Part shown: positions 19,788 through 29,153 of the stretch, piece after piece
Layout: every line of letters begins with the position of its first letter
How positions within the stretch are numbered: position 1 is the first letter of the stretch
Assembly (NCBI GenBank): GCA_024226335.1
Contig: JAAELY010000266.1
Location: forward strand, 9,515-73,514
Length of the DNA stretch: 64,000 nt
DNA from: a bacterium
GTDB lineage: Bacteria; Myxococcota_A; UBA9160; SZUA-336
Direction of reading: 5' to 3'
Translations under genes and position numbers: made by a program
The notes under the pieces: model-generated
Seen by the model: the letters and a program-made list of their open reading frames with translations, nothing else
Told to the model about the DNA's origin: nothing
The model's database searches: none

Positions 19788-20708
19788 ATGAGAATGAGTG
19801 CGGTCAATTCGATCCTGGTGGCTACGGACTTCTCGTCGCATGCGGAGTGCGCGCTCGAGCAGGCGACGAAGCTGGCCAGCTTGCTGGGCGCACGAGTCCA
19901 CCTGGTGTTCGCGGTTCACGTACCGGTGCAACCCCTGCTTCCCGAGATGGCCATCGTTCCGGCCGACATGATCGGACAGATGCGCGAGTTCGGGCGCACG
20001 AAGGCGCAAGAGACGGCCAACAAGATCGAGGCCGCCGGAGTCGAGTACGAAATCCATATCGAAGAAGGCGAGCCGTCGCGCGTCGTGCTCGATCTGGCGG
20101 AGCGCCTGAAAATCGACATGATCGCCGTGGGACGGCGCGGGCAGAGCGCACTGGAGCACGTGATCGTGGGAAGTGTCGCCGAGCGCCTACTTCGTTCGGC
20201 CGACTGTCCCGTACTGACCGCCGTTTCCGAAGGAGGCGAACTCTCGCTCGACGAGATTCTGGTGGCGACCGATCTCTCCGACGCAGCGATCGGCGCGCTT
20301 GGCGTCGCCCAGACGATTGCTGCTGCATCGCCGCCGACCCGGCTCTTGCTCGCATACGCCCACCCGCCCGGGATCCAGGCGGTGCGCTTTCTGGCGCAGA
20401 CCGACGAGCGGGTCTCGATCGGTACCGGTATTCCGATCCTCGACTCGCTTGCCGAAGATGTGGTCACCCGGGCTTCTGCCCTGCTCGATCCCGCGCGCAA
20501 CGGCGGGGTTCAATCCTACCTGGTCACCGGCGATGGCAAACCGGACACCTTGATTCTCGAAACCGCTGAGCAGCGCAATGTGAAGCTGATCGTCATGGGG
20601 ACGCACGGCCGCCGCGGTATCTCACATCTGGTCCTGGGAAGCGTGGCCGAGCGCGTTGTCCACGGCGCGAGTTGTTCGGTCATCACGGCTCGGATTCAGG
20701 GTTCGTGA
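19788..20708 (+). CDS. Tandem-domain universal stress protein
   Basis: Two ILVATD...G(RR)G...GSVAER domains; start after AGGGAG. Confidence 0.92.
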   Translation: MRMSAVNSILVATDFSSHAECALEQATKLASLLGARVHLVFAVHVPVQPLLPEMAIVPADMIGQMREFGRTKAQETANKIEAAGVEYEIHIEEGEPSRVVLDLAERLKIDMIAVGRRGQSALEHVIVGSVAERLLRSADCPVLTAVSEGGELSLDEILVATDLSDAAIGALGVAQTIAAASPPTRLLLAYAHPPGIQAVRFLAQTDERVSIGTGIPILDSLAEDVVTRASALLDPARNGGVQSYLVTGDGKPDTLILETAEQRNVKLIVMGTHGRRGISHLVLGSVAERVVHGASCSVITARIQGS

Positions 20709-20995
20709 CAGAGAGTTCGGGCGAAGCGCAATCTTCGGCTGAGACTGAGGCGGATTTTTCGATCGTCGCACTCCGGCACGCGCGGAGGGTCGTGATTTTC
20801 GTCGTCGGAACCACGGTGTGTCTTTTCGGGGTCGCCATGATGGTGCTCCCGGGTCCCGGAGTCCTGGGAGTGGCCCTGGGGGTTTCGATCCTGGCGACCG
20901 AGTTCGGCTGGGCGCGTCGGCTGCTGCGCCGCGCGAAACAGGCCGTTGGAGTCGGGGACTCGAAGTCGGACGAGCCCGGGCCCGACTCGCTATAA
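20705..20995 (+). CDS. PGPGW-domain small membrane protein
   Basis: MMVLPGPGVL...ILATEFGWARRLL; GTGA overlap with USP stop. Confidence 0.75.
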   Translation: MTESSGEAQSSAETEADFSIVALRHARRVVIFVVGTTVCLFGVAMMVLPGPGVLGVALGVSILATEFGWARRLLRRAKQAVGVGDSKSDEPGPDSL

Positions 20996-21005
20996 TCGCT
21001 CCCAG

Positions 21006-21977
21006 ATGCCCGACCAACCCTCGCAACGCAGAAAGCTGGCCGCCATCCTCATGGCCGACGTCTCCGGCTTCAGTCGCCTGATGGGCGCGGATGAAGAGGG
21101 TACGACCGCACGCATGCAGGACTTCCACCGCCGTGTGCACTCACTGATCGAATCCCATCAAGGTCGACTGGTGGACACCGCGGGAGACTCCGTGTTCGGG
21201 GAGTTCGACAGCGTGGTCAACTCGGTGCGCTGCGCCTACGAAATCCAGACGGAGCAAGCTCGCGAGAATCGCGAAGAAGCGGACGATGCGCGCATCGATA
21301 CGCGTATCGGCATTCATCTGGGCGACGTAATCGTCGAAGCACAGCGCGTCTGGGGAGATGGCGTGAACATCGCCGCCCGACTCGAACAGTTTGCGCAACC
21401 CGGATCGATCTGTGTTTCGGAGGCGGTCTACCAGCAAATCTTCAACAAGCTGGACTACGAGTTCCAGGACATGGGTGTCCAGGAGTTGAAGAACATCGAT
21501 CAGCCGCTGCGGGTCTACGGCATCCCCGGACCCGGATCGCTTCCGGTCGCTGCACCTTCGTCCAGCGTCTCTCACCCGCGCACGCGTCGACGTGCGCACC
21601 GACGGCATTCCAAGGACCCAAACCCGCGGGGAAGGCGCGAGCCCTCGACCTGGCTCGAAGCCTTCATGCATCCGCTCGATCTGATTTCGCTGATCATCGC
21701 TGTCGCATTGATCACCTCTCCGCTGCTGATGGTTCCTACGGGTGGCATCTTTTCGACGCTGGGAGGCGTGCTCGCGGGGGTGAGCCTGGGGCGCATCTGG
21801 CGGGCCGTCAGCGGAATTCGCGGCCATCTACAGATTCCACTGGGAGTGGGTATCGCCTCCGGCGCGGCCTTCACCCATTGGAGCGTGCCAACCGACGGAC
21901 TGTTTGTCGTGGCCGGGCTGATCGTGGCCGCAGTCGGCGTGAGTCGCGTGTTTACCGAGCGCCGACTCGCACGCTGA
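21006..21977 (+). CDS. Class III adenylate/guanylate cyclase with C-terminal TM helices
   Basis: ADVSGFS, AGDS, RIGIHLGDV, GDGVNIAARLE; TATAAT at 20991-20996. Confidence 0.9.
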   Translation: MPDQPSQRRKLAAILMADVSGFSRLMGADEEGTTARMQDFHRRVHSLIESHQGRLVDTAGDSVFGEFDSVVNSVRCAYEIQTEQARENREEADDARIDTRIGIHLGDVIVEAQRVWGDGVNIAARLEQFAQPGSICVSEAVYQQIFNKLDYEFQDMGVQELKNIDQPLRVYGIPGPGSLPVAAPSSSVSHPRTRRRAHRRHSKDPNPRGRREPSTWLEAFMHPLDLISLIIAVALITSPLLMVPTGGIFSTLGGVLAGVSLGRIWRAVSGIRGHLQIPLGVGIASGAAFTHWSVPTDGLFVVAGLIVAAVGVSRVFTERRLAR

Positions 21978-22008
21978 CCTCGTTCCGGACCCTCGGGACC
22001 GGTCTCGA

Positions 22009-22377
22009 CTAGAGACTGATCTCGATCATCTCGCGCTTGTCGTAACGACCCGAGAGTTTTGAGAAGAGATCTGCCAATCGGATCTGCAGTCCGTACTTCT
22101 CGCGGAACGAAACGTATGCGGCTTCGATCGTGTTGGAATCCCGGGTGATCGTCGCTGTGGCGTCGATCCAATCGCCGCGCAGCTTTCCGCGCACGTCACA
22201 CGCGGCGACCCGCGCCCGGGGCGAGTTGCGCAAGCGTTTGATCTTGCCCGCATCTCCCGCGGAGAACACGTAGAGCTTGCCGTCGGACTCGGCAAACCAG
22301 ACTGGAGTTTCGACGGCGACGCCGCTCTTCCGGAAGGTTGCAAGGCTCAGGTAGAGGTGCCCTTCGAGTTCGTTCAT
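22009..22377 (-). CDS. PPOX-class F420-dependent oxidoreductase
   Basis: YLSLATFRKSGVAVETPVW, GKIKRLRNSPRARVAACDVRG. Confidence 0.88.
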   Translation of the reverse strand: MNELEGHLYLSLATFRKSGVAVETPVWFAESDGKLYVFSAGDAGKIKRLRNSPRARVAACDVRGKLRGDWIDATATITRDSNTIEAAYVSFREKYGLQIRLADLFSKLSGRYDKREMIEISL

Positions 22378-22443
22378 ACTTCTCACTGTAACACCTGCTA
22401 ACGCCGCAGCAGGATCTTCGCCCATCCTTGGCACCGAGAGTCC

Positions 22444-23649
22444 ATGAACCCCGACGAATCCGAAGTCGAAGCCACATCGCCACCGCTGGCCGGTGTTCGA
22501 GTCCTGGACTTCACCCGCTTTCTGGCAGGACCTTTTGCCACGATGATGCTGGCGGACTACGGAGCCGAGGTCGTGAAGGTGGAGAATCGGAAGGGTCGCG
22601 AGTTCCGGCCCCCCGGAGCCGGGCGCGACAACTACTTCTTTCTCTCCAGCAATCGCGGCAAGCGCTCGCTGACTCTGGATTTTCGCGATCCGCGCGGCCG
22701 TGCGGCCATCGAACGCATGCTGCCGCGGTTCGATGTGGTCGTCGAGAACTTTCGCCCCGGGATCATGCAGAAGTTCGGACTGGGTCCCGAGGAGTTGACC
22801 GAGCGAGATCCGCGGCTCGTCTACTGTTCGATCTCGGGGTTTGGTGCGGACGGTCCGTACAGGGACCGCCCGGGCTTCGATCAGATCGCGCAGGGCATGA
22901 GTGGACTGATGAGTGTGACGGGCACCGAAGACAGCGGTCCCACGCGTTCCGGCATCGCCATCGGAGATCTGCTGGGCGGGATCTTCGCCGCACACGGCAT
23001 CTGCATGGCGCTGCTGACGCGCGAACGCACGGGTCGCGGGCAGATCGTCGACACGTCACTTCTCGACGCGCTGGTGGGTGTGCTCTCCTGGAGTGCCGGG
23101 ATGTTCTTCGAATCGGGACGAGCACCCGGACCGGCGGGTCAGCACCATCCGCTCTCTTCGCCCTACGGCCGTTTCCGCGCGGCCGATGGCTTCATGAACA
23201 TCGCCGCGGGAACGGACGCCATGTGGCAGAAGCTGGCGCACGCCCTCGATCGGGACTCGTGGATCGGCGACCAGCGTTTTGCCGGCGCCGGGGGACGTAT
23301 CGCGAATCGCCTGGAACTCAGCGCCGAGATCGAAGCGGCGCTGGCGGAGCACTCCGTCGAGCACTGGGTGGATGCGCTCAACGTCGCCGGGGTTCCCGCA
23401 GGTCCGGTCTTGAATCTGGAACAGGTCTTCGCCGATCCCCAGGTTCTGGCGCGCAAGCTATTGCACGAACTGCCCCACCCGGAGCTGGGCACGTTCAAGA
23501 CCACGGGCCTGCCGATCAAACTCTCGCAGACACCGGGTGCGATCGAGACTCCGCCTCCCTTGCTGGGTGAGCACACCGATCAGGTGTTGAGCGAGTGCGG
23601 CTTTTCGTCAGCCGAAATCGAGGAGTTGCGCGCAGCCGAGCTGGTCTGA
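22444..23649 (+). CDS. CaiB/BaiF family III CoA transferase
   Basis: PLAGVRVLD, NRGKRS, ENFRPG, GFDQIAQG. Confidence 0.95.
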   Translation: MNPDESEVEATSPPLAGVRVLDFTRFLAGPFATMMLADYGAEVVKVENRKGREFRPPGAGRDNYFFLSSNRGKRSLTLDFRDPRGRAAIERMLPRFDVVVENFRPGIMQKFGLGPEELTERDPRLVYCSISGFGADGPYRDRPGFDQIAQGMSGLMSVTGTEDSGPTRSGIAIGDLLGGIFAAHGICMALLTRERTGRGQIVDTSLLDALVGVLSWSAGMFFESGRAPGPAGQHHPLSSPYGRFRAADGFMNIAAGTDAMWQKLAHALDRDSWIGDQRFAGAGGRIANRLELSAEIEAALAEHSVEHWVDALNVAGVPAGPVLNLEQVFADPQVLARKLLHELPHPELGTFKTTGLPIKLSQTPGAIETPPPLLGEHTDQVLSECGFSSAEIEELRAAELV

Positions 23650-23680
23650 AGAAGCGCGACCTCGTGAGAAACGCAGCCCG

Positions 23681-24259
23681 CTAGAGCTCGTCGATGGACT
23701 GGATGATCTTGCCGACCACTCCGTAGTCGAGAGCTTCCTGGGCCGTCATCCAGAAATTCCGGTCGGTGTCTTCCTCGATGCGTTCGAGTGACTGGCCGGT
23801 CTGCTCGGACAGGATGCGATTCAGGCGCTTGCGCATCTTGACGATCTCCTGCGCCTCGATTCCGATGTCGACGGCCTGACCGCGCACACCGCCCATCGGC
23901 TGGTGCAGGAGGAAGCGCGTGTTCGGCAGGCAGAAACGGTCTTCCTTGGCTGGGGCCACGAAGATGTGCGCACCCGCGCTTGCGACCCAGCCTGTCCCCA
24001 GAATCTTCACGCGCGGCTTCACGAAGCGAATGACGTCGTGGATCGTATCGCCCGCCTCCACGTGGCCGCCCGGCGAGTTGACGAACATGACGATGTCGCC
24101 CATATCGCTTTCCGCCATCGCGATCAGCTTCTTGGAGATTTCCCGGGCGACGTCCATGTTGATCTCGCCGTACAGGAAAATCCGCCGCTTCTCGAAGAGC
24201 GTCTCTTCGAGTCGCATCGGGAAGGGCATTGGCGTTTCGCTGGCGGGCTTGTCACTCAT
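23681..24259 (-). CDS. clpP: ATP-dependent Clp protease proteolytic subunit
   Basis: NSPGG, VASAG (Ser), LLHQP (His), DTDRNFW (Asp). Confidence 0.95.
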   Translation of the reverse strand: MSDKPASETPMPFPMRLEETLFEKRRIFLYGEINMDVAREISKKLIAMAESDMGDIVMFVNSPGGHVEAGDTIHDVIRFVKPRVKILGTGWVASAGAHIFVAPAKEDRFCLPNTRFLLHQPMGGVRGQAVDIGIEAQEIVKMRKRLNRILSEQTGQSLERIEEDTDRNFWMTAQEALDYGVVGKIIQSIDEL

Positions 24260-25047
24260 GCGTCCGGGTCTCCTTGAAGGCAGGGAGACTAGCGCCCCGG
24301 GCGCCCGCTCCCCACCCCGGCCGTAGGCGGACTCAGGGGCTCGAAGCCCCGATATCGTCCTCCCTCAACGATGATGGCCGCGATCGGCGCAGAAGTGCGA
24401 TCTGGCACCCGGAAAACGAGCAAGTCCTGAACCCGGTTTCCGTGACCGGGTGGGGCCGTTCCTCGTTGCGACAGCTACTTCCCTGGGAAAACCGTGCGAC
24501 GTAACTCGAATCGATTGCGACCCGGGTAAACTGTCTGCCAAGCTGTGGGGTCAGATAAATGGGACAAACGCGCGAGCACACACGGTGTAATCTCAAACTT
24601 GGGGAATTCGAGTCAACGGAAATAGATACGAGCTACGGCCCGATTCTCCTCCACCGAGAAGGTGGGTTCCATCACAGACATCCTATGATCGAGAGGCTTT
24701 CATCTGAAATGACAGAGAGATACTTTCCGTTCTGGCGAGAAGCTCCGCTGATGATCCGCACTGACCGGGAATTCATGTCCCGAGACCGAGGGCCAGAGGC
24801 CTCCGCGAGGGTGCGATTGCTGGACAATGTGGGCGTCGAGAGGGGGGGGGTGGCCGCGAATCGAGGCTTCCATCCCACGGCAGCTTCCGCCGGAACCTCC
24901 CGATTCAGATCATGGAGGTGGATGTCGGGGTTCTTCGCAAATCTGCCACAGGTTCTTTGGGTCGCCTCCGATGGGAACCGGACAATGAAACCCAATTTTG
25001 AATCCGACGATCCCGGTCTGCCGTACACAGGAGAATCGCATTCCGTC

Positions 25048-26253
25048 ATGCACTCTCCGGTCTCTCGCGTTTTCTCGAGAACATGCGCGACACTACTGCT
25101 CGCTTTAGCTGTGCTGGCCTCGCCACCCTATGTTCGGGCGGGGGAGCCGGAAGACGATCCGCTGCTCGAACTCGGTACTGAAGACGGTCATGGCGGCGAA
25201 GACTTCATGAAGTACGACCGCGATCAGATCAAAAAGCAGGTCAAGACCTTCATCCCGCCGCTGCTGAGCCCGGCCTTTACCCAACATGCTTTCGTTCTTC
25301 CTCCTGGTCTGTTCAGGATGGGCCTTTCGCATCGGATCGTGTCGATCGATGGCAACGACTTCTTCAAGAACGGCAACACCAATCGAGCCGTGTTTGCAAA
25401 CTCGGAAGTCGACCGGGAACTGACCGATCTCGACATCTTCTACGGATTCGATCTGAATCGCGAGTACCTGCACGCCTTCACGGTGAGACTCAACATCCCG
25501 TACAAGAACTCGCGGGTTCGCGGCTACGTCCATCCCGGGGGGCTACAGGCACTCAACGCGCACAACACCGCAAGTACCCAGGAACTCGGAGATATCGGAC
25601 TCTTCCTCAAGAAGAAGCTCATGGATCAGGGCAACGGCCCGATCGGAATCGCAGCCGTCGGCGCGGTCTTCTTCCCGACCGGGGACAACGACGAAAGGTA
25701 CGGAAACGACGGGACGATCATGATGCAGATGCCACCGGCTGCACCGACCAGTTCTATCTTCGGGCGGTTTTCCGACGACGGTCGTCTCCCATCCACGCTA
25801 CAGCCCGGCACGGGGAGTTTCAGCTACCTGGGTGGGATGTTCCTGACCCGACAGTTTGATTGGCGTGGGCTTTCGTTGCGCGGCGCCTTTCACCTCGGTG
25901 CGACCTACCGGCTCGTGTTCAAAGAAGACGGGGTCGATCCCGGCGATACCGCGACGTATTTTGCGTCGCTGGTCATGCCGATCCGAAAGGATTTCTTGTC
26001 CGCGGATCTGACCTGCATCGTGTTCGACCACGAAGACGACAGCTACAGCGGGACGTTCATGGATCCGGTCCTGGGCGTGATTCCGCGACCGGACTTTTCC
26101 GGAGGAACGACTGGCTTCATCGCGCCGTCGTTGATTTTCAGTCCCGATCCGCAGTTCCGCGTGACGCTTTCAGCGCTCCTGCGGGTCAAGGATCCGGATC
26201 TCGGACCTGCGCCCCAGTCGATTATCCGACTCGGGTTTTCGGCGACGTTCTGA
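25048..26253 (+). CDS. Outer-membrane beta-barrel transporter-like protein (phenol MetA-pathway type)
   Basis: ATG 25048 after AGGAGA; signal peptide; LGDI...FFPTGD...LQPGTGS; alternating beta strands; C-terminal RLGFSATF. Confidence 0.7.
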   Translation: MHSPVSRVFSRTCATLLLALAVLASPPYVRAGEPEDDPLLELGTEDGHGGEDFMKYDRDQIKKQVKTFIPPLLSPAFTQHAFVLPPGLFRMGLSHRIVSIDGNDFFKNGNTNRAVFANSEVDRELTDLDIFYGFDLNREYLHAFTVRLNIPYKNSRVRGYVHPGGLQALNAHNTASTQELGDIGLFLKKKLMDQGNGPIGIAAVGAVFFPTGDNDERYGNDGTIMMQMPPAAPTSSIFGRFSDDGRLPSTLQPGTGSFSYLGGMFLTRQFDWRGLSLRGAFHLGATYRLVFKEDGVDPGDTATYFASLVMPIRKDFLSADLTCIVFDHEDDSYSGTFMDPVLGVIPRPDFSGGTTGFIAPSLIFSPDPQFRVTLSALLRVKDPDLGPAPQSIIRLGFSATF

Positions 26254-26315
26254 CAGATGGAAAAGAAATACTCGATCGCGTTGGAAATGCTTCGACCTGA
26301 TTGTGCGGGGAAAAC

Positions 26316-29153
26316 ATGATGCGGATGTCAAAGAGAATCCTGGTCGGTTGCGTCATCGCCTCGATGAGCCTCTGGTGGATGGCGCCCATGGGAACCGCGA
26401 AGGTTCTCATGCACACGCCGGATGGTCGTGTCCTGCACCTCAAGGGAGGCACGGCTCAACCGGACCTGAGCCGGTTCCGGTCCGCATTGCAGAGCAAGGT
26501 CATGGATCGCCGCTTCCACACGAACGAGAACGGCTATCTCGCCAATGAGGCCTACTCCACCAGTCAGACCGGCTTCAATGACATGGTCAAGGCCGGAATT
26601 CCGGTGGCGTACAAGCCGGAGTTCCACTGGATCTCACACCAGGAAATGTACTGGAACGCGCGCTTCCTGTTGCAGTGGGCCGGCGCGGCCTCCCGACTCG
26701 GGATCTCCATGGTGCACGGCCCCTACTGGACATTGAAGGCCGATGAATTCTCGAGGCGGAACCGCTTTGGGCGAGATCGCGGTGAACGCTCTCTGTCCAA
26801 CAAGGACATCCTCATTGGCATCTACCTGCCGCTCTACTACTCCCGCACCGGCTTTCCGCGTGTGTTCGATTCGGCCTTTCCTACTTATCTGCAGTACGCA
26901 TCCGGCGACCCCCGCCTGGTGGGGCCGGTCGAGGTCGGGGACGACTTCGACGACCCGCAGAGCAGTAAGAAGGGCGGCTGGGGTGTGCCTCGCTATTTCC
27001 TCGATTGGACGAACCTGCGCTGGAATCACGACCGGATGGACACCACTATCCACATGGGAGGGCTGGGACAGTTCCTGAAGAGAAGGGCGCAGTGGACCGG
27101 CTATATGTTCCACAGCACGCACGTGGAGCAATCACCCTCGGACCCCGACGGCGATGAGATCTCCCTGCTCGGGAACGACGCGGAAGAAGGCTTCCGCGGA
27201 ACCGTTCTGGCCACCATGGCAATCAATACCATGCTCGAGGCCAAGGCCGCATTCTTCGCTGATGCGAAGGGGAAGAAACTCGGCGGGCTCAATCCCTTCA
27301 AGTACGATCCTGAAAACGGCCTGCGATACCTTCCGCATACCATCAAGCCGAACATTCTCTGGGTAGGGGATCTTCCCGAGCGGCTCTGGTCGGTCAGCAT
27401 TGCCGACAACTCCAGTCAGCTCTGGGACCAGGCGTCCTGGATCTGGGCAACCACCGAGTACAGTCACTTCGTCCTCTGGTACAACGATCAGGTCTTCACC
27501 GACAATCCGCCCGCGGATGGTGGCATCCTCGAAAAGCGGGTTGGACTCGTCTCGCGCGGGATGGCCAATGTCATCATCAAGAACCTCAGGGCCATGCACA
27601 CCCGCAAGGGCATCCTCGTTTCGGAGTGGACTCCCACAGGAGGGACCGGAAAGGTCCTGAGCATGCGGGATGCTGCCATGACCATGTCGGCCTTGAAGGA
27701 GTACGACGATCGTCACGAGTTCCTCGATGAGGATGAGGATCTCCGAGAAGACGCAGTCACCATGCTGATGGATCTCGCGGATTTCCTGGTGAAGGTCCAG
27801 GCGAAGGACGGATCGTTCTACGAGAAATACGACGTGACCAGCGGCGAGGGGCTCGGTGAGAACACTGTGTCCGCTCCCAACTGGGCCGGTATCAAGGCGC
27901 TGGTCGTGGCCTGGCAGAAGACGGAAGAGGAGGCTTACGCCCGCGCTGCGCGAAAGACCTTCAACCTGATGAATAGTAAGTACTGGGTTGAAAAACACGG
28001 CCTCTATCGCACGAGACTCGGCGACGACACGGTCACCCTCACTCCGTACGACATCGCGATCACACTGGGCGCTTTGCGCGAGACGCTCTTTGCGACACCT
28101 CTTCATCTGGTCGAACCACAACTCGACAGGATCACCCGTTGGTGGGTTCAGACCATGGATTCGAGTGGCATGCAGCAGACCGAGGACAATCGCACGGGTG
28201 AACTCGCCTTCGGCACGGCCGGGATGGACGAAGATGCGGACGGGATTCCCTTCGTCGCCGGCGGTTATGGGGAATACGGCACAGCACCGGTGACCGCGGC
28301 AAAGGTCGCGGTCAACATCGGCGGGTCCGAGAACTCCGCGTTCGCGGCTCTTGATGGAGACGCCTACAACGCCCAGAAGTACGCCGAGGTCAAATTCGCC
28401 TACGTCACCCAGTCTCGCAAGGAACAAGACGAGCTCCTGCTGCCTCTGGACATCCCTTCCGAGGGGCTGATCGAGCGTCCTCCGATGCAGAAGTTCAACG
28501 GAACCACCATCCCACTGGCCTCCAGCAAGCCGGTCGAACGCGGGCTGGGAATCAAACTCGGTCTTACAGGCAAGCAGATCTTCGAGATCAACTGCGTCCT
28601 GTGCCACGGTTTTTCGGGAGAGGGGATTACCGGTCTCTCGCTAGAGAAGGACGTGATGACGTTCTCACACGAAGAGATGTTCAAGGTCCCGAACGAGGGC
28701 CGGCACGAGAAACTCATGCCTCCGTGGGGTGTCGGGAACAAAGACAGTTTCGGTGGTCCGCTGAGTGAAGAAGAGATCCACCTCATCGTCAACTACGTGC
28801 AGAGTGACGAGTTTCGCGAGAAGTTCCAGGCCCATCAGGATGCTCTTCACGCCAAGGGCGATCCTCCGAAGGATCCTTTCGAGTACCTCTCCCGGCAATA
28901 CCAGAAGGGCACTTTGGAAAGCGCGACCGCTGACGATATTCGCCGCATCTCCCAGGCTCAGTGCAGGGCGAGTGATTGCATTCCGGAATCCCACAAGGTG
29001 TTCCGCCGGCTCCTGGCCGAGTCGCAGGGGAAGCAATCTCCGCGACTGGCCGATGCGGCTTCGGAGGAAGCGAAGGACCGTCCACAACCTTCTGCGGGGA
29101 GTGAATCCAGTCAGGCGCCGCCCGACAAGACAACAATCCTTACACGGCCATGA
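26316..29153 (+). CDS. Large exported protein of unknown function with C-terminal monoheme cytochrome c
   Basis: Signal peptide; helical-repeat core; CVLCH and LMPPWG near the C-terminus. Confidence 0.85.
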   Translation: MMRMSKRILVGCVIASMSLWWMAPMGTAKVLMHTPDGRVLHLKGGTAQPDLSRFRSALQSKVMDRRFHTNENGYLANEAYSTSQTGFNDMVKAGIPVAYKPEFHWISHQEMYWNARFLLQWAGAASRLGISMVHGPYWTLKADEFSRRNRFGRDRGERSLSNKDILIGIYLPLYYSRTGFPRVFDSAFPTYLQYASGDPRLVGPVEVGDDFDDPQSSKKGGWGVPRYFLDWTNLRWNHDRMDTTIHMGGLGQFLKRRAQWTGYMFHSTHVEQSPSDPDGDEISLLGNDAEEGFRGTVLATMAINTMLEAKAAFFADAKGKKLGGLNPFKYDPENGLRYLPHTIKPNILWVGDLPERLWSVSIADNSSQLWDQASWIWATTEYSHFVLWYNDQVFTDNPPADGGILEKRVGLVSRGMANVIIKNLRAMHTRKGILVSEWTPTGGTGKVLSMRDAAMTMSALKEYDDRHEFLDEDEDLREDAVTMLMDLADFLVKVQAKDGSFYEKYDVTSGEGLGENTVSAPNWAGIKALVVAWQKTEEEAYARAARKTFNLMNSKYWVEKHGLYRTRLGDDTVTLTPYDIAITLGALRETLFATPLHLVEPQLDRITRWWVQTMDSSGMQQTEDNRTGELAFGTAGMDEDADGIPFVAGGYGEYGTAPVTAAKVAVNIGGSENSAFAALDGDAYNAQKYAEVKFAYVTQSRKEQDELLLPLDIPSEGLIERPPMQKFNGTTIPLASSKPVERGLGIKLGLTGKQIFEINCVLCHGFSGEGITGLSLEKDVMTFSHEEMFKVPNEGRHEKLMPPWGVGNKDSFGGPLSEEEIHLIVNYVQSDEFREKFQAHQDALHAKGDPPKDPFEYLSRQYQKGTLESATADDIRRISQAQCRASDCIPESHKVFRRLLAESQGKQSPRLADAASEEAKDRPQPSAGSESSQAPPDKTTILTRP

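Noticed and set aside
24559..25047. 163-codon in-frame N-terminal extension of the barrel ORF (564 aa call)
   Set aside because: Sequence is not protein-like; signal peptide and AGGAGA RBS point to ATG 25048
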